Part shown: in pieces, positions 35,472-50,359 of the stretch
How the letters are laid out: every line of letters starts with the position of its first letter
Position numbering within the stretch: position 1 is the stretch's first letter
From: Eledone cirrhosa
Taxonomy: Eukaryota
NCBI GenBank assembly: GCA_964016885.1
Contig: OZ024741.1
Location: 150,040,001 to 150,104,000, forward strand
DNA length: 64,000 nucleotides
Reading direction: 5' to 3'
The notes under the pieces: model-generated
Told to the model about the DNA's origin: nothing
The model's database searches: none
Seen by the model: only the letters and a program-made list of their open reading frames with translations
Position numbers and translations under genes: made by a program

Positions 35472-36229
35472 ATATATATATGTATATATGTATATGTATA
35501 TGTATGTATATATGTATGTGTGTATGTATATATATATATATATGTATATGTATGTATATGTGTATATATATATATATATGTATATGTGTATGTATGTGTA
35601 TGTATGTGTGTATATGTATGTATGTATGTATGTGTATATATGTATGTATATGTATATATATGTATATATGTATATGTATATGTGTGTATATGTGTATGTA
35701 TATGTATATGTATGTATATATGTATGTATGTATGTGTATATATGTATATGTATGTATATGTATGTATATATATGTGTGTATATATATATGTGTATATATA
35801 TGTATATGTATGTGTATGTATATGTGTATATGTATATATGTGTATATGTATATATATATGTGTATATATGTATATGTGTGTGTATATATGTATATGTGTA
35901 TGCGTGTATATATGTATATATGTATATGTATATGTGTGTATATGTGTATATATATATATGTATGTATATGTGTGTATATGTATATACGTATATGTGTATG
36001 TATGTATATGTGTATGTATGTATATATATATATGTATGTATGTGTGTATGTGTGTGTGTATATATATATATATATATGTATGTATGTGTATGTATGTATG
36101 TATGTGTATGTATGTATGTATATATGTATGTATGTATATGTATGTATGTATGTATATGTGTATGTATGTATGTGTATGTATGTGTATGTATGTATGTATA
36201 TATGTATGTATATATATATGTATGTTTAT

Positions 36230-36867
36230 GTCAGGTCACCAGTTGGTGCTACTGGTAACATGTATCCCAGTACAACCTGTCTCATGGTCGGGTCGTTGGC
36301 GACTAAACTGGCAACCCCACCAAGGTTTCTTGGTGAGGAGGGTGACTTTGGACATCCTGCAGGACTAAAAACAAAACCTGTCAAAGGGCAAAGGAGCTCT
36401 TAAGAGTCAATGGCCATCCAAAATCACCGGGAGAGATGACCCCTTTAGCCTTAGTCAAGGCAGAATTCTAGGAGAAGGAAAACTCTGATATAACACCTGC
36501 AACCCTGATGGTATCCAATGATGTTGACTTGTTCTTCTTTTTGGTAAATATCATCTTGGTTAAGAGAGTGGGACTGGCTTTGTGCAGTGCCTTTGCTCAC
36601 TATAAAAGCTTCACGGCACAGGCATTGCTTTATATCTGGAGATCTCTTTGCACTTGTCCTCACATGGGCCCAGCACTATGTGTCAATAGTTGTCCTACCA
36701 TGGGCCTAGCACTATGTGTCAATAATTGTCACAGGTGTAGTGTTTGTACCAGAGGTTTCAAGTCGCTGGCTGGACTAAAAAGTCACACTCGTTCAGCGCT
36801 TCGGTAGGGGTTATCCTACATGGATGTAAAGTAGTGGCCGTACTCGAAAACGAGTTGGCAGCCACCA
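36230..36867 (+). mobile_element. Internally deleted RTE(BovB-like) element, copy 2
   Basis: Highly similar to 34865-35471; [23 protein letters not shown]. Confidence 0.6.
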
Positions 36868-37029
36868 TGTATGTATGTATGTATGTATGTATGTATGTAT
36901 GTATGTATATGTTATCTCTTTCTCTTAATTTCGAGTATATTTATTTGACCGGCCACCTTCCTGGTGGCAAGGTTGTAAAAGAAAAGAAATTGTCATCCCT
37001 TGAATCGCAAGAATGTTCAGTCCTACTTT

Positions 37030-38675
37030 GGTCCAAGCGGGTTGGTATATAACCCGTAGCTCCAATAATGATGGGTATGAAGCTAAAGATGTATCTTGGA
37101 TACTGGATTTGTAAACTCCTCATCAATGGTCCGTAGATGTCCTCCTTTTCCTGTATTTTTCTGACAACGTATACATCAAGTGGGCAGCTGATCTCCACAA
37201 CAGAACACGTTTTCAATGTGTGGTCCCAAACAACAATATCAGGCCGGTTGTGCTTTAATTTGGTGGCAGTTTTTATTTTTAGGTTCCACCAGTATTCCTT
37301 AGAGCCTTCTGTCTCAATATATTCTTCCTCGTTTGTTTTCAATTTTGTTTTCCGAAGTGCGTTCCAGATGGTTCTAGCTATCCCATCGTGTCTCGTGGGG
37401 AGGTAGTAGCGAGATGACATTCTTTCGCATCTTGCAACAATGTGGCTTACATCCTCGATCTTTGTTTTACATAACCTACATTTATTGTCAGCTGATGGCC
37501 CGCCCCTTTTGTGCAGCAGATATTTGGTAGGGAGTTCTTGTTCCTGTATTGCATAGAGATATCCCTCAAGGTGTGATGTCATAAACTTGTCGGAACTCCA
37601 TGCCAGGCTTTTTGAGTGGTTTATCCCCTCTATGGTCTGAGTTTTACGTCTCAAGTATCCATGCACAACTTTTTCTGTAAATTGGTCAATATTTTCATCT
37701 TGTTTGAACATTGAATAGGATCTTCCGATTTCTCTGGGTGAGAGATTTATATCAGGCTTTATTCCATATCTCTCCTCCAGATCAGTGGCTATTCTAATGA
37801 TATTTTTTTTGGTTGCCAACCTTTTTCCTCTGTTGAAGATGTTGCTTCAGTGTTACTATCCGGGTCTCATATGATGTTAATATGGATTTTAGACCCCGGC
37901 CACCTTCCTTGCGTGAGAAGTATAGCCTATCCACATCACCATTGATGTTAAAGTTCCCAGTAACACTGAGAAGTTTGCGAGTTCTAACATCCATCTCATT
38001 TAGTTCTCGCAGTGACCAGTTCAGCAGGCCAAATGTTGGCGTTAGAATTGGCACAGCATAAGTATTGTGGGCAATGTATTTGTTGTACGCTGACAGTTCT
38101 GATGACCATATTTTCTTTACTCTTCTGAGGTATTCAGTTCTGGTTCTCTCCTTATTTATGGGTCCATCATATCTGACATTCCCATCCTGTTCAAGATATC
38201 TGTAGTTGTCACCTGACTGTAGAGGTTGTATTGTCAGGCCGTTCATCTCTAGATTTATAGAGGAGGGCACAGCTCTTCCACGTTTTACTGCCAAATATGC
38301 ACACTTGGACTCACCAAATTTCATTTTGATGTCTGTTGAAAATTGTGTAATGAAGCCCAATTGTTTCTTGATGTCATTGATATTTGGCCCATACAACTTC
38401 AAATCATCAACAAAGAAAAAATGGGAGATACTTCTGGACCCACTTTTTTGTCCACCTTGTTTCCTGAGTAGGTAAGATAGTGGATTTAGTGAGAGAACGA
38501 AGAGTAGCACTGACAAGCTATCACCCTGAAAGATGCCCTTCTGGTAATGTATCTTATCAGTCTTAACTTGCTCCTTCTCACCTCTAAGGATCAAATTGGT
38601 GTACCAGTTCTTGGTCAGACGTTCAACAGCAGCTGCCAGTGGTTGTGGGACTTTGGCTAACTGTAAAGCCTTAAC
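37030..38675 (-). mobile_element. Degenerate R4/Dong-like non-LTR retrotransposon (RT C-terminal half and RLE)
   Basis: GIFQGDSLS, FFVDDLKLY, DVDRLY..RKEGGRGL, CRLC..EDVSHIVARC, RHD, NRPDIVVWD..VVEISCP; frameshift near 37800. Confidence 0.9.
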
Positions 38676-38980
38676 AATGTATGTATGTATGTACATATGT
38701 ATGCATATGTAAGTATGTATGTATGCATGTACACATACACAGAAGTACATATGTAAATAATCATTTTAAGATTATTCATGAACATATTCAAGTATACAAA
38801 CGCCTGCAGCTCATTGAGAGAGTAGTTAAGGCACTCAACCGACAGCCAAGAGATACGAGGTTCGGTTCCTCGGTCCACATTCTATCTGTCTCCAGGGGAT
38901 TTTCTATCCGATTTTCCCAAGTACTTACCATTTATAGTCATTGTTATGGACATTTCTGTTGGGACGCTCACATTCAAATA

Positions 38981-39044
<64 letters not shown>

Positions 39045-39324
39045 TATATATATATAGTGTGTGTGTTTACGCTTATGTCTGTGGCCCGTGACAGCAGTTC
39101 GACAACAAAAGATCGATAATGTAAGTGCCAAACTTGAAAAAATAATCACTGGGGTCCATTCGATCGACCAACACCATTTAAGGCGGTACCCCGGTGAGGC
39201 TGCAGTCTATTGATTGAAAAAAAGCAACAACAGAAGGAACAACAGAATATATATATATATATATGTATGTACATATATACAATATATACATATATATATA
39301 CACACACACACATATATATATATA

Positions 39325-39409
<85 letters not shown>

Positions 39410-39718
39410 GTATATTCATATGTATATATATATTCATATATATTCATATATCTATATTCATATATATATATATATATATATGCATACATACGCACGTACA
39501 CACGCTGCCACAGATATGTGTAAGTACTGCGTATGTGCCATATAGGGAAATGCATATAAATACGGCCACCAGTGTCAAGTAAAGTAGCTTTGCTGAAAGT
39601 TGAATAGAATAGGAAGAGCTAGGTCTAACGCCCAACATTCTTACATAATGGAGACTTATTTAGTCTTTTTCAATTGATTAATTTCATTTGTGAATAGAAA
39701 GAATATTCTATATGTAGC

Positions 39719-39774
<56 letters not shown>

Positions 39775-39955
39775 GTATTGAAGTTTGCTTGAAGCATTGT
39801 GGAATAATAAGGTAAATTTCTTTAAGTCGTTTGGAAGCCTCGACAATGCAGATGGGTAAATCTCCGGGTAACAAGATTCGGTGGTGGAGAGAGAGATGTA
39901 AGTGGGTGTACGTTGAGATGCGTGGCATATATATATATGTGTGTGTGTATGTGTA

Positions 39956-40048
<93 letters not shown>

Positions 40049-40207
40049 AAATATATATATATGTATGTATAAATATATATATATGTATGTATAAATATAT
40101 ATATATGTATGTATAAATATATATATATGTATGTATAAATATATATATGTATGTATAAATATATATGTATGTATAAATATATATATATGTATAAATATAT
40201 TATATAT

Positions 40208-40240
<33 letters not shown>

Positions 40241-40405
40241 AATATATATATATATAATTATATATATATATATGTATAAATATATATATATGTATAAATA
40301 TATATATATGTATATATATATGTATAAATATATGTATATATATATATATATACAAATTCACAAGTACACACAATTGTATTTATAGAATATATATTATTTA
40401 ATATG

Positions 40406-40450
<45 letters not shown>

Positions 40451-40459
40451 TATATATAA

Positions 40460-40581
<122 letters not shown>

Positions 40582-40862
40582 ACATATATACATATATACA
40601 TGCATTCATACATTCATACGAAACATACATACATGCATACATATATACATATATACACTCCCGTGCCTAAATACTTCTGAAATCATAGTCATAATTCAAT
40701 TGGTTCTATTGGAAATGGAATCAATACAATTCCATATGAATGAAAGGATTACTGCATTAACTGATACACATACATATTTATCGACATATATACATTTATG
40801 CACATATACATAAATGCATATATACATATATACATACACGTATGTGTATATATATGCATGCA

Positions 40863-40924
<62 letters not shown>

Positions 40925-41110
40925 TATATGTGTATATATATATATATACATGCATAATTATATGCATGTTTTTATAATATTTGTGTATATACATGTATAG
41001 ATATGCATATGTATATATATATATATATATGCGTATATATATACATATGCATATATATATACATATATATACACAAATACTATAAAAACATGCATATATT
41101 TATGCATGTG

Positions 41111-41164
<54 letters not shown>

Positions 41165-41363
41165 CACACACGTGTGTGTATATATGTATAGTATATATGT
41201 ATTTATCTATATGTGCATAAATGTATGTGTGTGTCAGTTAACGCAGTAATCCTGTACGTATATATGCGTATATATATATATGTACATATATATATATACA
41301 TAGATACATATATATATATATTTGTATATATACAGTATATATATATATATATATATGTATGTA

Positions 41364-41400
<37 letters not shown>

Positions 41401-41488
41401 CGTCGTTCCCCACCCCCAACTCTCAAGAGCGTGAAACTAATAAACCTTTGTTTGTACTGCCTCTCTGTTTTCGTTCCCGTTCCAATTT

Positions 41489-41565
<77 letters not shown>

Positions 41566-41571
41566 ATATAT

Positions 41572-41655
<84 letters not shown>

Positions 41656-43513
41656 CTCTTACTCTCACGCGTATATGCAATTCTATATAGCTATGCAAAT
41701 AATAGCATATACAAACCTAATATAAGTAAGTATGTATGTCTTAATATGCAAGAGCAACGGAGTAACAGGTGGTAACTCTAATAGAGCAAACGTAAATCTT
41801 ACAAATCCACCAAATTAACTTTGTAGCAAAGCATTTTACCATGACGTTCACTCTAATGATGTTTTTGTCAGTGCATCTTTTAAGAAAGTAAGTAAGATTT
41901 TGCTAAAGTGATATTGAAAATTGCATCAAATCTCACTGAAACACCTTCAACTACAAAGTGTGAATTCATTGCTCACTTTCAATGAAGAGAAATTAATATA
42001 TATTTTCCATCATATTTTATCTAAATGTTCATTGTCGAAACCAACGGATGTTCCATCGTCTTAGCCACCCACACAGACTCACGCGCACAGACATACGTAC
42101 GAGCATATGAATTTATTTATGGACTTTCGCTTTTTCGTAATCTTTAACTAGCAATAGTGATTGGACTGCTACCAAGCTGTTAGTTATTGTGTAACATGAA
42201 CACCCATGGACATTGCTATGGCTGAATAATTAAGATGTTTACTTCGCAATCAAGAGGTTACGGGGTCATTCCCACTGAACAAATAGACTCGGGTCAATCA
42301 ATCCAAGTTTTGCGAATGAAAGTTCATCGGTTGAATTGTACCTGTCATTCATATGTCCAGACTTAGCACATATTGAATAACTGAATACTGGTCGTTGAAA
42401 CCGACGGAAGATCTATCTTCATAGACACCCACTCACAGACATACGCACACAAACGCATGTATGTTCTTTTAGTTTTTCATATTCCTTTACTGACTATTGT
42501 GATTGGATTGCGGCCAAATAGTAATCATAGGGATACACTTAACTTAGTCAATTTTTTACTGTGTACTTAGAAGGTAAAGGACCGTGCCCATGACTCATTT
42601 CAGGGCCTTATAGACTGATAAGAGGGGTAAAGAGGAAAGTATCATCAAGTTGGAATCCTGGTCCAAATGTTTGCAATAAACTAGACTCGACAACTCGAGA
42701 CGAAAAATCCCAAACTAATACAATCATCTTGTTAAACGCTTTATAAATTCAAAAAATCAACCGTCCGAAACTGGTTCTTTATTTTATCAAACACGAAAAA
42801 GATGAAAAGCAAAGTTAACTGGGGCGGGATTTGAACTGAGACTGCAGAGAGGTGGAACATACACTACAGGTATTTTGTTCTGCGCCTTAACGGTTCTGAC
42901 CTTCTACCGATACTGCCAATCCGCCGCCATAGCGAATAATAACTATGTTTGGTTCTGTTAGCAGTAAAAAATACTCCTATGTACCAGTAATGTACTGGTT
43001 AATTGTTGGCCTTGTGCCAAAAGTAGAACCGGTTCTGCCAATATGATATCTGATATGTGTTATACACGACTAACTGCTGTTGGATTTTCAGTTTCAGAAA
43101 TTATATAGAAGAGAACTCGTCAAAGGGTTATTATGCAACCACTCTGACGTTTTCGAAATATGTATAACAGGATTATATAATAAACAGAGGTTGTACATTT
43201 AAAACCGTCTCTATTCTTTACAATATATATACTGTATATATGTTGTTATACTTTGGGAAGGTCATGCTGCCAATAAAAAACACACGCACTTGTTGGAATT
43301 CACTTCAATTTATTATTTTAAGTTCCCACTCGGTTAGTTTAATAACTGGATGGTTGTTTAGTTGTTGATTGTGATCAAAGCACTTTCGTCTCACATTCTG
43401 TGACCTCGTCAGTGACTACTTTTGTTGTTATGTTATTTTGTGTCTCTCCTTTGTTCTGTTCTACATCTTCTTTTTGTGAGCTGTGTACTTGGGCTTCGCA
43501 TGCGTAAACTCGG

Positions 43514-43591
<78 letters not shown>

Positions 43592-44167
43592 TTATGTGTG
43601 TGTATGTTTATGTGTGTGTGTGTTTATTTATTTATTTTAAAAATATATTTATTTATAGTTTATTTATTCCTACTTGTCACTAGCTGTATACTTGGGCTGC
43701 GCATGCGTTATATCCGGGTTTGTGTGTGTGTGCGTTTAAGTGGACACATTAGTTGACTGGTATATAATTTTAGCGAACAAATAATTATTTCTACTTTTGG
43801 CACAAGGCCAGCAATTACCCCAGTGCATTACTGGTGCTTTAATTTATCGACACCGTAATAATGAAAGGCGTAGTTAACCTCGGTGGGATTTGAACGCAGA
43901 ACGTAAAGGAGTGTAACTCTATGCTGCAAAGTATGGCGTCCGACTCTCTACCGATACTGCCAATCCACCGCCATAGCGATCAAATAATGACTATGTATTG
44001 TTCTGTTAGCAGTAAAAAATACTCTAAATGATATTTATAAGAGAAGACTGAAAACAGTTTCTAGATAAAATGGAAAACTGAAGTCAACTTAACATTTACA
44101 TAAGCTTTTCATAGGCAGTTAACCCTAGTGGTAGTGGTCGTGGTGGACGTGGTAGCATTAGTGTTCG

Positions 44168-44222
<55 letters not shown>

Positions 44223-44366
44223 GGATGCGGTTGATGACAGTACACGTAAAACATTAATACTGATTAAAACAACACTATTATAACATTAAAAACATTTCAT
44301 CATCGTCATATGACTATATATATATATACACACATGCATACACACACATAATATATATATATGTAT

Positions 44367-44437
<71 letters not shown>

Positions 44438-44564
44438 CATACCTACATACGTATGTATGTATGTATGTATGTATGTATGTATGTATGTATGTATGTATGT
44501 ATGTATGTATGTATATATATATATATATGTATGCATATATATATATATATGTATGTATATACAT

Positions 44565-44601
<37 letters not shown>

Positions 44602-44782
44602 CATATATATATGTATGTATATACATATATATATATATATGTATATACATATATATATATATGTATGTATATACCTGTATATATATATGTATGTATATAC
44701 ATATATATATATGTATGTATATACATATATATATATGTATGTATATACCTATATATATATATATGTATGTATATATATCTAT

Positions 44783-45002
44783 CTAAGGCGGGTAAAATTC
44801 CCGAGATCCATGGACGAGTTCTCTCCAGCGGTCTCTGTCCCTCATTATCGCTGCCATGTCCTGCGTCTCCAACAGACCAGTGTCTGTCCTTAGGGCATCA
44901 ACATATGTTAACCTTGGTCTTCCTCTTCTAGTGTGTCCATGTAGGGGCTCCCAAAGGAGCAATGAGTGCAATGTCAACTCTGGATCCAGAGTTGACATTG
45001 CA
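44783..45002 (-). mobile_element. 3' end of an RTE-clade LINE with 5' fold-back
   Basis: [41 protein letters not shown]; perfect palindrome GTGCAATGTCAACTCTGGATCCAGAGTTGACATTGCAC at 44966-45003. Confidence 0.8.
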
Positions 45003-45016
45003 CATATATATGTATG

Positions 45017-45047
<31 letters not shown>

Positions 45048-45152
45048 ATACATATATATATATATATATGTATGTATGTATATACATATATATATATATA
45101 TATGTATGTATGTATATACACACATATATATATATGTATGTATATACACACT

Positions 45153-45223
<71 letters not shown>

Positions 45224-45249
45224 ATATGCATATATATATGTATGTCTAT

Positions 45250-45313
<64 letters not shown>

Positions 45314-45462
45314 GTATATACATATATATGTATATACATATATATGTATATACATATATATATCTGTATGTATATACATATATATATATGTATATACATA
45401 CATATATATATGTATATACATACATATATATATATTATACATATATATATATGTATATACAT

Positions 45463-45580
<118 letters not shown>

Positions 45581-45647
45581 ATATACATACATATATATAT
45601 GTATATACATACATATATATATATTATACATATATATATATGTATAT

Positions 45648-45878
<231 letters not shown>

Positions 45879-46654
45879 CAAACACACACATACGTACACG
45901 CACACACACACACACATATATATGTATGTAATGTTTGTACAAAATCGCAGAAGACCTATGAGACTGGCGCTAATAACCTCTTCCTATGAAACCTTCCTAT
46001 CAACACCTTATTTATATCAATATGTATATATTAGTGTATACAATGATAGGTTGACACGAAACAATATGAAGATAACCTTGCTTTGTAATCGCAACAAAAT
46101 ACAAGTATATTCATGTATATAACAAGAAGAAGAAATTACTTCGCAGAATTAAAATGTCAGCAAATTCCTAAAGATTCCTTAAATGACAAATTTCCATTTA
46201 TGTCTACAGACGAGATATGGATTATAAAATAAAACGTATTAACTCGAAAACGAAAATGAAATACAAACCATAACAAAATGTTTTCAATCCACTCCACCAC
46301 TACTACCACCACCACAACCACCACAAGCAAAACAACCACCGCCACTATAAAAAACAAGAACAATGAAAGCAAGGATATCAATGGCAGCAAAGGTCGTTAA
46401 TGGCAATGATAATAATGGTTTCTGATTTAGGCACAAGGCCAGCAATTTGGGGAGAGGGGGGGAAAGTCGATTAAATCGACTCCAGTGTGTTACTAATACT
46501 TTATTTTATCGATGAAAAGCAAAATTAACCTCGAAGGGATTTGAACTCAGAACGTAAAGGAACGTAACTCTATGCCCTGAAACATGGTGTCCGACGCTCT
46601 ACCGATACTGCCAATCCATCGCTCTGGTTAATAATAATACTAATGATAATAATG

Positions 46655-47100
46655 GGTATTTCTTTATAAGCCATGCAGGGCTTACATGAAGAAGAACATT
46701 AAGGAGGGTACAGACAAAACAGGACGGAAAAAGTGTGGGGTTTAGCGTGTAAAAGGTTCATATAACGAGATAACAAAGTAAATTCAAAAATAGGGGGGGG
46801 GGAACTTCCGAGGGCAACACATAGAGAAAGCCCACAAAAAGCCACGGTCACCCTGATCACCAGGGCTAGTGCCTTCTCCCAGTTCTCCACCTCTAATCTG
46901 CAGGCGCATACTCAGAGCAGGTCCATTCACTCGGGCCATGCTCGCTTCCCTCACCCATCTTTCAACAAACTGTTTGGAAGGTAGCACTTACCTCGCCACC
47001 CTAATTTTCCTTTTCAAATGAAACCTGAAGAAGTTAATCAGGGCTTCACCGAAGAGAAAGTGCTTGTCTTCAGCCCTTTTAGACATGTCCACCATTCGAC
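46655..47100 (-). mobile_element. 3' end of an L1/Tx1-like LINE
   Basis: FLFGEALINFFRFHLKRKIRVAR*VLPSKQFVERWV.. resembles a Tx1-type ORF2 C-terminus, followed by a UTR and (ATT)n. Confidence 0.5.
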
Positions 47101-47267
47101 TGGGTTCACAGTAAGTAAGGTACTCTATACATTAGTAGAGTGTAAATAATAAGTTTAATATAGAAATGGCTTCTACAGGACTAGAAATGTTTCATTCGAA
47201 GGAAATCATTAGGAAAGCCCTATGAGGATTTCCTTCGAATGAAATACTTCTAGCCCTGTAGGAGCCA

Positions 47268-47322
<55 letters not shown>

Positions 47323-47673
47323 ATATATTATAAAGCTGACGGCCGCATGTATGTAACAAACTTTTTGCCAAACGGCTGGACCAAACAGAACCAAATTTGC
47401 ACCATAGATGTAACTTTTTCCAAGTAAGAAAGTGAGGGTATTTTTGTCTACTAAATTTAGTTAAAAGATTAAAGATATTTTATTGTTTATTTAAATATTC
47501 ACTTCTTTAAAATTTTCAAATGTCAACACTTCCTGTTATACGACATTCCCCTCTCTTTCTTACTCTGTCTTTTTAGATAGATACATAGCTATAACGTCGC
47601 GCCCTTATAATATCTGTCTGTATGTCTGACTGTCTGCATTACGAAAACCATTCTGTACATTGGCTTCGCTATC

Positions 47674-47748
<75 letters not shown>

Positions 47749-48872
47749 TGTGTATATATAGTGTATATATTTATATATATATATATATGGGATAACAAAT
47801 TATCGTTCTGGTAATCCAGTCAGAGGTTGTGAATACTCCGTATTGTGGATAGTCTTAGCGTACTGCGATGTTTGACTCAACAAGAGGTTTCCTTAGTTAG
47901 GTTGCGAGTTCTCGGGAATTCCTATGCAGGTTAATCTTGGAGTAATAATAGTGAAAGAGTGAAGAATAACAATGTCAACAGTACAAAAAGGGTTTTATTT
48001 ACAGTATTAACAATTGTTTCATTGATTAGGTTGTCTAAAATTGCTAATCACTTGAAGTTGTGTCACTCAATTTTAAATACAATGTATGCCTAATCAAATC
48101 ATCGGAAAAACTGATTAAAATTATACACGGCGTTTGTAATATACTAGGAAAATTCAAATCACAACATCAGTAATAAAGAAAGAAAAAGAAAAAGAGAGAG
48201 AAAAGGAAAAAAAGAAAAGAGAAAAGAGAAAAAAGAAGAAAAAGAAAAAATAATAAATAAATAATAATAAATAAGTTAGAATGAAGATGTTAAAAAATAA
48301 GTAAAAAAATATATGTGTGAAGAAAAGTGAACATAATATGATTGTTGAAAATAGTTGTGGTGGTGGTGGTGGTTAAACTATAAAGATGTGATGGTATAAA
48401 CATGAAAATACTAAATATATACATATATGTATTGGTTAAATTTTATTATGAAGAAATAGTATAATGCTAAATAAAGGATAAATTAATAAATTGGAAGTTA
48501 TGTTAAAAGTGAAGAGAACATGATAGGATATAATGGAAGAGATGAAATAGTTTTAGGGAAAGAGAGTGGAAGAAAGAAAGGTTAGGAAGTTATGATGTTG
48601 ATTCAGTGATTAGTTGATTTATTGACAGTTAATAATAATTGTTTCTACTTTTTGGTACAAGGCCAGCAATTATCCAGTACATTACTGGTACTTTATTTTA
48701 TCGACCCCGTAAGGATGAAAGGCAAAGTTGACCTCGGCGGGATTTGAACTTGACAGTTAATAATTGTCTCTACTTTTGGCACAAGGCCAGCAATTACCCA
48801 GTACATTACTGGTACTTTATTTTATCGACCCCGTAAGGATGAAAAGCAAAGTTAAGCTCGGCGGGATTGGAA

Positions 48873-48932
<60 letters not shown>

Positions 48933-49098
48933 GGGAAGAAGACGCACGAGGTGACGGAGGTCATGAAATCGCTCCCGTAAGTTTTGAATTTTTAACATAT
49001 TTAAATCATTTGTGAAATAACAACTCTTAGTACAAATGCTACGTAAAGCACCCGGCTTGAGCCCCAAAAAAAGTCGGACCCAAAATATATTGTTATAA

Positions 49099-49746
49099 GG
49101 CTCAAATATTCAAATATTCAACTTTGTATTGTACACTGTATATCCAAAAAAAAATGGCTATAAATGGAAGAAGAAGAACCCCCCTCCCCCTCCTCTCCTC
49201 TGGCTACACTATATAGGACAGCTAAACTCACCAACACCAGAAACTAGATACACCACCCACCCCATCATCTGTGTACACTAAACACAACAGCATTTTCACC
49301 TTCACCGCCACCGCTCACTACGGCCATCATTACCACCACTATCCCATCACCGCCGCCACCACCCCTTGACTCCTTCACTGCTGCTGCCACCGCTACAGCA
49401 CCATCACTACAGTAATACGGCTCAAATATTCAAATATTCAACTTTGTATTGTACACTGTATATCCCCAAAAAATAAAATGGCTATAAATGGAAGAAGAAG
49501 AACCCCCCCCCCCCCTCCTCTCCTCTGGCTACACTATATAGGACAGCGAAACTCACCAACACCAGAAACTAGATACACCACCCACCCCATCATCTGTGTA
49601 CACTAAACACAACAGCATTTTCACCTTCACCGCCACCGCTCACTACGGCCATCATTACCACCACTATCCCATCACCGCCGCCACCACCCCTTGACTCCTT
49701 CACTGCTGCTGCCACCGCTACAGCACCATCACTACAGTAATACGGT
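49099..49746. repeat. Tandem duplication, unit ~319 bp
   Basis: 49099-49419 is nearly identical to 49418-49746. Confidence 0.9.
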
Positions 49747-50359
49747 CGCATCACCGCCACCACTGCCTCGGTATCGACATCACCACCACCACTGTCTCAG
49801 TATCGCCAACGCCGCCAGTCTCTGCTGGCTGCCACTTCCACATTATAGAATTCCTACTACTAACAAAGAGGAAGGCATCAAAATATATAGATAGACTCAA
49901 AAGAAAAAAGAAAAAACAAACAACAAAAGCAGCACAGCAACAACAGCAAAAAACGAGAAAAACAAACAGAGAAAAACAAAAACAAAAAAAGACACCCCAA
50001 AAACGTAAAGAAAATAAGAATGAAGAGAGAAGCAGGCGGACGGACAGAGAAGAGGGGGGAAAAAGTAAAACTTAAAAAACAAAAACTAAGTCAGACATTC
50101 GAATACTACATTACAATGAAACTTATGCTTATTCATTTTTGGGGCCCTTTCTGCCCGTGTGTTTGTTTGTTTATGTGTGTCCGTATACAGCGTGGTGATA
50201 ATGCCACACAAGGGCCAAGTGGGATGGCGGATCCACAGATGGCTATGTAAACATACATTCGCCAATCCTCGATAAGAGTGTTTAAATATCGAACATAAAC
50301 AGTTCGAATAACGGTGAAATGGAGACTAGAACGTCATGTGACAGACTCTCACCCAACAG

